A stretch of 24,000 bases of DNA, taken from the NCBI RefSeq assembly GCF_018323985.1, contig NZ_AP024590.1, forward strand, positions 4,504,039-4,528,038, given 5' to 3'. Below, piece after piece: positions 15,384-24,000 of the stretch. The notes beneath the pieces are model-generated. The model saw only the letters and a program-made list of their open reading frames with translations. It was not told the DNA's origin and ran no database searches. The DNA comes from Enterobacter kobei (GTDB lineage: Bacteria; Pseudomonadota; Gammaproteobacteria; Enterobacterales; Enterobacteriaceae). Every line of letters begins with the position of its first letter. Position 1 is the first letter of the stretch. A program made the position numbers and the translations under genes.

Positions 15384-16434
15384 ATTACTGAAAAGCCTGT
15401 GTGAAGCCAGCGCGGTCAGCGGCGATGAGCAGGAAGTGCGGCAGCTGCTGCTCGCCGCGCTGGCGCCTCACGTCGATGAAATCACGTTTGACGGGCTGGG
15501 CAGCGTGATTGCCCGCAAAGGCACGCGCGGGCCAAAGATCGCCGTGGTCGGCCATATGGATGAGGTCGGCTTGATGGTGACGCACATCAGCGAACAGGGA
15601 TTTATCCGCTTCGACACCATCGGCAGCTGGTGGAGCCAGTCGATGCTCAATCATCGCGTCACTGTCCGTACCCGCAACGGGCAGAAAATCCCAGGCGTGA
15701 TCGGCTCCGTTGCGCCCCACGCGCTGTCGGAAAAACAAAAACAGCAGCCGTTAACCTTTGATGAAATGTTCATTGATATTGGGGCAGCAAGCGGTGATGA
15801 GGTAAAACGCCGCGGCGTTGCCATTGGCGATTTTATCTGCCCGGAGGCGAATTTTGCCCGCTGGGGCGACGACAAAATCGTCGGCAAAGCGCTGGATAAT
15901 CGCGCGGGCTGCGCGCTGATGGCGGAACTGCTGAGCGGCGTGGTGAACCCGGACATCACGCTGTACGGCGTCGGCAGCGTCGAAGAAGAAGTCGGCCTGC
16001 GCGGGGCGCAAACCTCAGCGGAGCGTATCAGGCCGGATATGGTGATCGTCCTCGATACCGCCGTGGCGGGGGATGTGCCGGGGATCGACAGCATAAAATA
16101 TCCACTGCGGCTGGGGGATGGCCCGGCGATGATGCTGTTCGATAAGCGCTATTTCCCGAATCAGAAGCTGGTGAACATGGTCAAGGCGCGCGCTGTCCAC
16201 AGCGACACGCCGCTGCAGTGCTGCACCATGAAAACCGGGGCGACGGACGGCGGCCGTTATAACGTCATGGGCGGTGGGCGGCCCGTGGTGGCGCTCTGCC
16301 TGCCGACCCGTTATCTGCATGCCACCAGCGGCATGATCTCCGCCCGGGATTATGCCGCCACGCTGACGCTGGTGCGCGATCTGCTGTTATCACTTAATGC
16401 AGAGAACGTCCGCGCGCTGGCGGATTTTCACTGA
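15373..16434 (+). CDS. frvX: M42-family metallo-aminopeptidase/glucanase-like protein, 353 aa
   Basis: M42 metal-ligand motifs are VVGHMDEVG, LDNRAGC, VEEEVGLRGA, VLDTAV and YLHATSG. It overlaps the frvB end by 11 nt. Confidence 0.9.
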   Translation: MNTELLKSLCEASAVSGDEQEVRQLLLAALAPHVDEITFDGLGSVIARKGTRGPKIAVVGHMDEVGLMVTHISEQGFIRFDTIGSWWSQSMLNHRVTVRTRNGQKIPGVIGSVAPHALSEKQKQQPLTFDEMFIDIGAASGDEVKRRGVAIGDFICPEANFARWGDDKIVGKALDNRAGCALMAELLSGVVNPDITLYGVGSVEEEVGLRGAQTSAERIRPDMVIVLDTAVAGDVPGIDSIKYPLRLGDGPAMMLFDKRYFPNQKLVNMVKARAVHSDTPLQCCTMKTGATDGGRYNVMGGGRPVVALCLPTRYLHATSGMISARDYAATLTLVRDLLLSLNAENVRALADFH

Positions 16435-16443
16435 GATCGCCTG

Positions 16444-18174
16444 ATGCTCAATGAACGCCAGCTTGCCGTGCTGGAACATCTGGAAAACCAGCCGCTGACC
16501 CTGGCAGAGCTGGCGCGCCGGGCGGGCGTCTCGACGCGCACTCTGTTACGGGATGTGGATTATCTTAACCTGACCCTGAGCGGCAAAGCGCGTATCACGG
16601 CCGGCGGTAACGCTACCTGGCAGCTGGAAATTTTCGATCGCGCCAGCTATTTCCGGCTGTTGCAGCGTCACGACAACGACGATCGTCTGCTGGCGATATT
16701 ACTGCTCAACGCCTTTACCACCCGCCGCAGGCTGGCGGAAGCGCTGAACCTGCCGGAAACCTGGATCGGCGATAAGCTGGCACGTCTGAAACAGCGCTAT
16801 GAAAAGCGCTTCACGATTGCCGCACGTCCCGGCGCGGGCTATTTCATTGCCGAGCCGGAAATGACGCGCGTGCTTATTCTCGCCTGCCTGCTGAAAAAAG
16901 ATCCGGGGCTGCTGGCACTGCATGGCCGTTGTCCTGCGACGGGTGAGGCGGTTGCCCTTGCCGGTTATCCGGATATTCCCCGCGATTATCTGCACGGGGT
17001 GATCCTGGCGGTATATGCCCTGCGCCACCGCCTCGATGCTCCGCCGTCGGTTAGCGTCAGCGACGCGCTCGCCGCCTGCGTCGCGGGCATGGGCCTGTCG
17101 CTGCGCCCGCCTGCGCTGCAAACCCTGACCGCCATTCTTGATACGCTGCAATCCCGCGCCCAAAAACTCACCCCGCAGCGCATCGCGGCCTTGCTGGAGC
17201 AGGTGCGCGATAATTATCCGCCAGCCATTATCGATGCCACGCTGATAGATAATCTGACCGGGCATGTCGTTCGCTGCGCGGCCACGCCGGTATGGCTGGC
17301 GGAAAGCCGCCAGACCAACCTGAATAATCTCAAAGCCGCGTGGCCCGCCGCCTTTGATATGAGCATTCGCTTTATCGCGCTGTTGCGTGACCAGTTGGAC
17401 GTGCAGGTGTTCGACAGCGATCTCATCGGCCTCTATTTTGCCTGTAGCCTCGAACGTAATCAGACCGAACACCAGCCGGTGATCCTGTTATCCGATCAGA
17501 ATGCGATTGCCACCATTAATAAAATGGCCATCGAGCGCGAAGTGCTGAACTGCCGGGTGACGATTGCCCGTAGCCTGCGGGAATTACAAGAACTGATGCT
17601 GACGCTGTCACCGGTATGCATCATTAATAACAGCCACTTCCGCCCGGACGAACGCCTTACACAATGTCTGACCATCAAAAACATGATCGATCCTGCGGGG
17701 ATTGCGCACATTAAAGATGCAGTGGCGACAGCGTTTATCCGGCAGAACCTCACCCGGCTTTTTCCGGCGCAGGGCAGTTTTCATTATGCGAATACTCCCG
17801 CGCAGCGCTGGGATGAGATCATGCAGGCCGTATGCGACCAGCTCCGTGCGGCGGCGTTGATCAGCAAAGATGAGGCGGTGCGGCTGTGTGAACGTGAACA
17901 GGAAGGCGAGAATTTGATCGTCAATCAGCTCGCCATTCCCCATTGCTGGAGCGACGATCGGGCGGCATTTTGCGGCTATTTTATTACGCTGGCCCATCCG
18001 GTCATCATAAATCATGAGCCCGTGGCGCATATGCTGATGGCCTGCGCGAGTGCAACGGCACGGCAGGAGCTAAAAATATTCAGTTTTCTGGCGAGCGTGA
18101 TGCATCGATATCCGGCGCAGCGGATCGCAGCATTAGCGGGTTATGACGATTTTATGGCGTTGTTGCAGGCGTAA
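16444..18174 (+). CDS. frvR: Frv operon regulator with N-terminal HTH and C-terminal PTS EIIA-2-like domain, 576 aa
   Basis: N-terminal HTH is LTLAELARRAGVSTRTLLRDVDYLN. Conserved FrvR blocks include LKAAWPAAFDMS. The C-terminal EIIA-2-like domain is LIVNQLAIPHCW. It sits after frvX. Confidence 0.85.
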   Translation: MLNERQLAVLEHLENQPLTLAELARRAGVSTRTLLRDVDYLNLTLSGKARITAGGNATWQLEIFDRASYFRLLQRHDNDDRLLAILLLNAFTTRRRLAEALNLPETWIGDKLARLKQRYEKRFTIAARPGAGYFIAEPEMTRVLILACLLKKDPGLLALHGRCPATGEAVALAGYPDIPRDYLHGVILAVYALRHRLDAPPSVSVSDALAACVAGMGLSLRPPALQTLTAILDTLQSRAQKLTPQRIAALLEQVRDNYPPAIIDATLIDNLTGHVVRCAATPVWLAESRQTNLNNLKAAWPAAFDMSIRFIALLRDQLDVQVFDSDLIGLYFACSLERNQTEHQPVILLSDQNAIATINKMAIEREVLNCRVTIARSLRELQELMLTLSPVCIINNSHFRPDERLTQCLTIKNMIDPAGIAHIKDAVATAFIRQNLTRLFPAQGSFHYANTPAQRWDEIMQAVCDQLRAAALISKDEAVRLCEREQEGENLIVNQLAIPHCWSDDRAAFCGYFITLAHPVIINHEPVAHMLMACASATARQELKIFSFLASVMHRYPAQRIAALAGYDDFMALLQA

Positions 18175-18217
18175 AGCGGGGCGGGAAGCCTGTCCCCGCT
18201 CAGCAGAGCAGGGACAG
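18175..18217. terminator. Two overlapping stem-loops between convergent frvR and the DUF1471 gene
   Basis: AGCGGGG (18175-18181) pairs with CCCCGCT (18194-18200). CTGTCCC (18190-18196) pairs with GGGACAG (18211-18217). The two helices share bases and neither has a U-tract. Confidence 0.4.
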
Positions 18218-18230
18218 CAGCTTTGGAAAC

Positions 18231-18443
18231 TTATTTAGTCAGTTCGGCAGTCATGTGGATCTGGTTACCAGCGCGGGCTTCGGTGATTTTGTAAGACGAT
18301 GCACCAGCCTGTTCTGCTTTCGCGGCGATTTGCGCTTCTGCACCGGACAGGGTGCTGGCGGTGACCGACAGGGTCTCAGCAGCGAAAGAACCAAATGAAG
18401 CGGAAAGCGCGATAACTGCAACGAAAGTTTTGATGTTTTTCAT
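18231..18443 (-). CDS. Small exported DUF1471 (YhcN/BhsA/McbA-family) protein, 70 aa
   Basis: Signal peptide MKNIKTFVAVIALSASFGSFA/AE. The mature part is typical of the family (ISVTAS.L..AE..IA.KA...GA..YKIT). AAGGA Shine-Dalgarno lies 9 nt upstream. Confidence 0.8.
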   Translation of the reverse strand: MKNIKTFVAVIALSASFGSFAAETLSVTASTLSGAEAQIAAKAEQAGASSYKITEARAGNQIHMTAELTK

Positions 18444-18572
18444 GATGTCTATCCTTCAGGTTATTTGTTGGGATAAGGCGTGTCGCCTTGATGTGATAAA
18501 TAGTAGACCTGTTTATCCTCAACGAATAGCGGAAGGATTTGCCGATAAACTTCAAAATTTTTGATGTTCTTT

Positions 18573-19376
18573 TCAGAGGCCTTTTAAGCGCTGCGGATGG
18601 GTATAAATCGTTGCCCGGCCAGGTTTGCAAAACCCCACCAGCGTCAGGTTGCAGCGTTCCGCGACTTCAACCGCCAGGGTCGTCGCGGCGGAAACGGCAA
18701 AGAGGATCTCAACGCCGCACATGGCGGATTTCTGCACCATCTCATAGCTGGCACGACTGGAGACCAGCGCCGCGCCCGGTAGCCAGCTTGCGCCTTCCTG
18801 CGCCCGACGCCCGAGCAGTTTATCCAGCGCCACATGACGGCCCACATCTTCATGCCCGCCCGCCAGCTTGCCGGACGGCAATAGCCAGGCCGCCGCGTGC
18901 GTGCAGCCGGTAAGTTTGCCCACCGGCTGGAAATCCGTCAGATGGCGCAGGGCGTCATCCAGCAGAGCCAGATCAAAAGTCTGGGTAAACGGCAGCGGCG
19001 CGACCGGCTTGCCGATGTCATTAAGCTGCTCCACGCCGCACACGCCGCAGCCAGTGCGTCCGGCCAGCGCCCGACGGCGCTCCTTCAGCCCCATAAAACG
19101 GCGGCTGGAGAGTTCGATTTGCACTTCCAGGCCGTTGCATACCGGCACGACGTCCATGCCATAGATCTCGTTCGGCGCTTCAATAATCCCTTCTGACAAC
19201 GAAAAACCGAGGGCAAATAGCGGCAGATCTTTAGGCGAGGCCATCATCACCACGTGGGAGATGCCGTTGTAAACCAGCGCGACAGGCACCTCTTCTGCCA
19301 GTACGTCAGGCTGCGAATGATGCAAATCCTCACGCTTCCACAGCGCGACGGAACGGGATCCGATGAGAGCAGTCAC
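18573..19376 (-). CDS. fdhD: Formate dehydrogenase sulfurtransferase/accessory protein FdhD, 267 aa
   Basis: It aligns with E. coli FdhD over most of its length: [24 protein letters not shown], the GRTGCGVCG cysteine pair, and [50 protein letters not shown]. It uses a GTG start with AGAGGA upstream and is divergent from fdoG. Confidence 0.92.
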   Translation of the reverse strand: MTALIGSRSVALWKREDLHHSQPDVLAEEVPVALVYNGISHVVMMASPKDLPLFALGFSLSEGIIEAPNEIYGMDVVPVCNGLEVQIELSSRRFMGLKERRRALAGRTGCGVCGVEQLNDIGKPVAPLPFTQTFDLALLDDALRHLTDFQPVGKLTGCTHAAAWLLPSGKLAGGHEDVGRHVALDKLLGRRAQEGASWLPGAALVSSRASYEMVQKSAMCGVEILFAVSAATTLAVEVAERCNLTLVGFCKPGRATIYTHPQRLKGL

Positions 19377-19455
19377 AATTTCCTCTTAATTTACGGCACA
19401 AATTGTTCACTAATTGTTAACCAAGCCGGAACAGGCCTAATTACAATGTGGTATT

Positions 19456-19524
19456 CTTCCGGTAATCCCCGCCGGAAAGCAGGGGATCTCATAATTCTGA
19501 ACCTTTGCGGCGCCAGCCGCAAAG
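19456..19524 (+). promoter_or_regulatory. Structured segment in the fdhD-fdoG divergent region
   Basis: Two helices interleave: TTCCGG (19456-61)/CCGGAA (19471-76) and ATCCCC (19464-69)/GGGGAT (19481-86). A perfect 9-bp hairpin follows, CTTTGCGGC-gcca-GCCGCAAAG (19503-19524), 43 nt before the fdoG ATG. Confidence 0.3.
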
Positions 19525-19566
19525 TATAACTACACGAGTAAATGTCGAAATAACGAAGGAGTGACC

Positions 19567-22500
19567 ATGCAGGTCAGCAGAAGGCAGTTCTTTAAGATCT
19601 GCGCTGGCGGTATGGCAGGCACGACGGCAGCAGCGCTGGGCTTTGCCCCTGGCGTAGCGCTGGCGGAAACGCGGCAGTACAAACTGTTGCGTACCCGTGA
19701 AACCCGAAACACCTGCACATATTGCTCTGTCGGCTGTGGGCTATTGATGTACAGCCTCGGCGACGGCGCGAAAAACGCAAAAGCGTCCATTTTCCATATC
19801 GAAGGCGACCCGGATCACCCGGTTAACCGTGGTGCACTGTGCCCGAAAGGTGCCGGTCTGGTGGACTTTATCCACTCCGAATCACGCCTGAAATATCCGG
19901 AATATCGCGCGCCAGGCTCTGATAAATGGCAGCGTATCAGCTGGGATGAGGCGTTTGATCGCATCGCTAAGCTGATGAAAGAAGATCGTGATGCCAACTA
20001 TATTGCGAAAAACGCAGAAGGCACCACCGTCAACCGCTGGCTCTCGACCGGTATGCTTTGCGCATCCGCCGCCAGCAACGAAACCGGCTATTTATCCCAG
20101 AAGTTTACCCGCGCACTCGGCATGTTAGCCGTCGATAACCAGGCGCGTGTCTGACACGGACCAACGGTAGCAAGTCTTGCTCCAACATTTGGTCGCGGTG
20201 CGATGACCAACCACTGGGTCGACATGAAGAACGCCAACCTCATCGTAGTGATGGGTGGGAATGCGGCTGAAGCACATCCGGTGGGATTCCGCTGGGCGAT
20301 GGAAGCCAAAATCCATAACGGCGCGAAGCTGATTGTGATTGATCCGCGCTTTACGCGCACGGCCTCGGTCGCCGATTTCTATGCGCCGATCCGCCCCGGT
20401 ACTGACATAGCCTTCCTGTCAGGCGTGATCCTGTACCTGCTCACCAACGAAAAATACAACCGCGAATATACCGAAGCCTATACCAACGCCAGCCTGATCG
20501 TGCGTGAAGATTTCGGCTTCGACGATGGCCTGTTTACCGGTTATGACGCGGACAAACGCCAGTACGACCGGGCGACGTGGAACTACGAACTGGATGAACG
20601 CGGCTTTGCAAAACGCGACACCACGCTGACGCACCCGCGCTGCGTGTGGAACATGATGAAGAAACACGTCTCCCGCTACACGCCGGACGTGGTTGAAAAC
20701 ATCTGTGGTACGCCAAAAGCCGACTTCCTGAAAGTCTGCGAATACATTGCGGAAACCAGCGTTCACGATAAGACCGCCTCGTTCCTGTATGCCCTCGGCT
20801 GGACACAACACTCCGTCGGCGCACAGAACATCCGTACGATGGCGATGATCCAGTTGCTGCTCGGCAACATGGGGATGGCAGGCGGCGGCGTTAACGCCCT
20901 GCGCGGTCACTCCAACATTCAGGGTCTGACCGACCTCGGCCTGCTGACGCAGAGTCTGCCGGGTTACATGACGCTGCCGAATGATAAACAAGCCGATCTG
21001 CAAACCTATCTGGCGGGTAACACCACCAAACCGCTGCTGGAAAATCAGGTCAACTACTGGAGCAACTACCCGAAATTCTTCGTCTCGCTGATGAAAGCCT
21101 TCTATGGCGACAAAGCGACGGCAGAGAACAGCTGGGGCTTTGACTGGTTGCCGAAGTGGGATAAAGGCTACGACGTTCTGCAATATTTCGAGATGATGAA
21201 CGAGGGCAAGGTTAACGGCTATCTTTGCCAGGGCTTTAACCCGGTCGCTTCTTTCCCGAATAAAAACAAAGTGATCGCGTCGCTGTCGAAACTGAAATTC
21301 CTGGTGACTATCGATCCGCTGAACACCGAGACCTCTACCTTCTGGCAGAACCACGGTGAGCAGAACGACGTGGATCCGTCCACCATCCAGACCGAAGTGT
21401 TCCGTCTGCCGTCCACCTGCTTCGCGGAAGAAAACGGCTCTATCGTTAACTCCGGTCGCTGGCTGCAATGGCACTGGAAAGGCGCGGATGCCCCAGGCGA
21501 AGCGCTGAACGACGGCGAGATCCTGGCGGGTATTTTCATGCGTCTGCGCAAGATGTACGCCACAGAAGGTGGGGCGAATCCGGAACAGGTGCTGAACATG
21601 TCCTGGAACTACCTGACGCCGGAAAACCCGTCGGCGGAAGAAGTCGCCATGGAAAGTAACGGCAAAGCGCTGGCGGATATTATCGATCCGGTCACCGGCG
21701 ATGTGCTGGCGAAAAAAGGCAACCAGCTGAGTTCCTTTGCGCACCTGCGCGACGATGGCACCACTTCCAGCGGTTGCTGGATCTTCGCCGGTAGCTGGAC
21801 GCCGGATGGCAACCAGATGGCGCGCCGCGATAACGCCGATCCGTCGGGCCTCGGCAATACGCTGGGCTGGGCATGGGCGTGGCCGCTGAACCGCCGTATC
21901 CTGTATAACCGCGCCTCCGCGGACCCGCAGGGTAAACCCTGGGATCCGAAACGCCAGCTGTTGTCTTACGCTAACGGCAAATGGGTCGGGGCTGATATTC
22001 CGGACTACAACACCGCACCGCCAGGCAGCGATGTCGGGCCATTTATCATGCTGCAGGAAGGTGTAGGTCGCCTGTTTGCCATTGATAAAATGGCTGAAGG
22101 TCCGTTCCCGGAACACTACGAGCCGTTCGAAACGCCGCTGGGTACTAACCCGCTGCACCCGAACGTTATTTCTAACCCGGCCGCCCGTATCTTTAAAGGC
22201 GATGCAGACGCGTTAGGAAAAGCGGATAAGTTCCCGTATGTCGGCACCACGTATCGCCTGACCGAGCATTTCCACTACTGGACCAAGCACGCATTGCTTA
22301 ACGCTATTGCGCAGCCGGAACAGTTCGTGGAGATCGGCGAAAAACTGGCAGGCAAGCTGGGCATCACACAGGGCGACACCGTGCGCGTCTCCTCCAACCG
22401 TGGCTATATCAAAGCCAAGGCGGTGGTGACGAAACGTATTCGTACCCTGAACGTGAACGGTCAGCAGGTCGACACCATCGGCATCCCGATCCACTGGGGT

Positions 22501-22617
22501 TATCAGGGCGTGGCGAAGAAAGGCTTTATCGCCAACACGCTGACGCCGTTTGTCGGTGATGCAAACACGCAAACGCCGGAGTTTAAGGCGTTCCTGGTGA
22601 ACGTGGAAAAGGTGTAA
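19567..22617 (+). CDS. fdoG: Formate dehydrogenase-O catalytic subunit (selenocysteine-containing, Tat-exported), 1016 codons including UGA-Sec at 20152-20154
   Basis: ORFs 19561-20154 and 20203-22617 are in the same frame and are joined by ARV-TGA-HGPTVASLAPTFGRGAMTNHW, the conserved Sec site. Supporting motifs are the Tat motif SRRQFFK, the CTYCSVGCG Fe-S motif, and similarity to E. coli FdoG throughout. ATG 19567 has AAGGAG 5 nt upstream. Confidence 0.95.
20152..20197 (+). other. UGA(Sec) codon plus bacterial SECIS hairpin
   Basis: Immediately 3' of the UGA, the lower helix is GACCAA (20159-64)/TTGGTC (20189-94). The apical hairpin is GGUAGCAAG-U-CUUGCUCC (20166-20183), with a bulged U and a G-containing loop, resembling the fdhF/fdnG SelB-binding element. 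Confidence 0.8.
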
Positions 22618-22629
22618 CGGAGACGACCT

Positions 22630-23532
22630 ATGGCTTATCAATCGCAAGACATTATCCGTCGTTCCGCGACTAACGGTTTCACCCCCGCGCCTCAGGCGCG
22701 GGATCACCAGCTGGAAGTGGCGAAGCTCATCGACGTCACCACCTGTATCGGCTGTAAAGCCTGTCAGGTGGCCTGTTCTGAGTGGAACGACATCCGTGAT
22801 GAAGTCGGGCATAACGTCGGGGTGTATGACAACCCGGCGGATCTGACCGCCAAATCCTGGACGGTGATGCGTTTCTCTGAAGTGGAGCAAAACGACAAAC
22901 TGGAGTGGCTGATCCGCAAGGACGGCTGTATGCACTGCGCCGATCCTGGCTGTCTGAAAGCCTGCCCGTCTGAAGGGGCGATCATTCAGTACGCTAACGG
23001 CATCGTCGATTTCCAGTCGGAACAGTGTATCGGCTGCGGCTACTGCATCGCGGGCTGCCCGTTTGATGTACCGCGCATGAACCCGGACGACAACCGCGTC
23101 TACAAATGCACCCTGTGCGTGGACCGCGTAACGGTCGGCCAGGAGCCAGCGTGCGTGAAAACTTGTCCGACCGGGGCTATCCACTTTGGCTCTAAAGAGG
23201 ATATGAAGAACCTGGCCGGTGAGCGTGTGGCCGAACTGAAAACGCGCGGTTACGACAATGCAGGCCTGTACGATCCGGCAGGCGTTGGCGGTACGCACGT
23301 GATGTACGTGCTACACCATGCTGATAAACCGAATCTTTATCATGGCCTGCCGGAGAACCCGGAAATCAGCGCCACGGTGAAATTCTGGAAAGGCATCTGG
23401 AAACCGCTCGCGGCTGTTGGCTTTGCGGCAACCTTCGCGGCCAGCATCTTCCACTACGTCGGTGTCGGTCCGAACCGCGCAGAGGAAGAGGATGACAATC
23501 TGCATGAAGAGAAAGACGAGGTGCGCAAATGA
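22630..23532 (+). CDS. fdoH: Formate dehydrogenase-O iron-sulfur subunit, 300 aa
   Basis: Four ferredoxin-type Cys clusters are present: [35 protein letters not shown], and CTLCVDR...CVKTC. There is a C-terminal TM helix, and the gene directly follows fdoG. Confidence 0.95.
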   Translation: MAYQSQDIIRRSATNGFTPAPQARDHQLEVAKLIDVTTCIGCKACQVACSEWNDIRDEVGHNVGVYDNPADLTAKSWTVMRFSEVEQNDKLEWLIRKDGCMHCADPGCLKACPSEGAIIQYANGIVDFQSEQCIGCGYCIAGCPFDVPRMNPDDNRVYKCTLCVDRVTVGQEPACVKTCPTGAIHFGSKEDMKNLAGERVAELKTRGYDNAGLYDPAGVGGTHVMYVLHHADKPNLYHGLPENPEISATVKFWKGIWKPLAAVGFAATFAASIFHYVGVGPNRAEEEDDNLHEEKDEVRK

Positions 23533-24000
23533 GAAAACGTGACACCATCGTGCGCTACACCGCGCCGGAACGCATCAACCACTGGGTCACCGCCTTCTGC
23601 TTCGTGCTGGCGTCGGTGAGCGGGCTGGGCTTTTTCTTCCCGTCCTTCAACTGGCTGATGCACATTCTCGGTACGCCGCAGCTGGCGCGCATTCTGCACC
23701 CCTTTGTCGGTGTGGTGATGTTTGCCTCTTTCATCATTATGTTTTTCCGCTACTGGCATCATAACCTCATCAATCGCGACGATATTTTCTGGGCGAAGAA
23801 CATTCGCAAGATCATCGTGAACGACGAGGTGGGCGATACCGGGCGTTATAATTTCGGCCAGAAATGCGTGTTCTGGGCGGCGATTATTTTGCTGGTGTTG
23901 CTGCTGGTTAGCGGGGTGATTATCTGGCGTCCGTACTTCGCGCCGGTCTTCTCTATTCCGGTGATCCGATTTGCCTTAATGCTGCATTCATTTGCCGCAG
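23529..24000 (+). CDS. fdoI: Formate dehydrogenase-O cytochrome b556 subunit, first 157 codons (continues past the right edge)
   Basis: The ATG at 23529 overlaps the fdoH stop (ATGA). The translation [44 protein letters not shown]... matches E. coli FdoI. It is absent from the ORF track because no stop codon falls within the window. Confidence 0.9.
   Translation, partial: MRKRDTIVRYTAPERINHWVTAFCFVLASVSGLGFFFPSFNWLMHILGTPQLARILHPFVGVVMFASFIIMFFRYWHHNLINRDDIFWAKNIRKIIVNDEVGDTGRYNFGQKCVFWAAIILLVLLLVSGVIIWRPYFAPVFSIPVIRFALMLHSFAA

Noticed and set aside
20152-20154. In-frame TGA read as a premature stop, which would make fdoG a pseudogene or two genes
   Set aside because: The position corresponds to the conserved selenocysteine of FdoG/FdnG, the frame continues unchanged, and a SECIS-like hairpin follows directly.
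20419-22158. 579-aa ORF antisense to fdoG
   Set aside because: It lies wholly inside the well-supported fdoG gene on the opposite strand. Its product is Arg/Gln/His/Gly/Val-rich and low in complexity, with no recognisable motifs. Long stop-free antisense frames are expected opposite GC-rich, codon-biased genes.
22213-23298. 361-aa ORF antisense to the fdoG end and fdoH
   Set aside because: Same reasoning as above. It spans the fdoG-fdoH junction on the wrong strand, has Arg/His-rich composition, and has no ribosome site or known motif.
1-24000. Search by eye for CRISPR arrays, tRNA/rRNA genes, IS elements, integrases, phage genes, retron/CBASS/RM-type defence genes, and long direct or tandem repeats
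   Set aside because: Nothing of the kind was found. Every long ORF is accounted for by sugar metabolism, PTS or formate dehydrogenase functions. The only repeats are the short operator-like motifs reported above.

Overview
GC-rich enterobacterial chromosome segment; gene content and order resemble Klebsiella/Enterobacter/Citrobacter-type relatives of E. coli. The right half (13.5-24 kb) is conserved core. It holds frvABXR (fructose-like PTS, M42 peptidase, PTS-domain regulator), a 70-aa DUF1471/YhcN-family exported protein, fdhD, and fdoG (with an in-frame selenocysteine UGA that the ORF track splits in two), fdoH and fdoI (runs off the right edge). The left half (0.1-13 kb, all minus strand) is an accessory carbohydrate block. 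In transcription order it holds a RafY-like glycoporin, LacI-type rafR, GH36 alpha-galactosidase rafA and LacY-family rafB, with no invertase. Next comes an orphan 179-codon ORF/leader carrying a strong intrinsic terminator, then PTS IIB, PTS IIC, a GH38 alpha-mannosidase and a translationally coupled 662-aa signal-peptide metallophosphoesterase. The block ends with the 5' end of a HicB-like antitoxin gene behind a repeat-rich promoter. I see no CRISPR array, tRNA/rRNA, IS/transposase, integrase or recognisable defence genes. The best candidates for undescribed biology are (1) the leader ORF plus terminator directly in front of the PTS-mannosidase-phosphoesterase operon, (2) the unusual make-up of that operon, and (3) the 540-bp AT-rich junction between the accessory block and frvA. 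All three are hypotheses from reading the sequence only; no searches or folding calculations were run.
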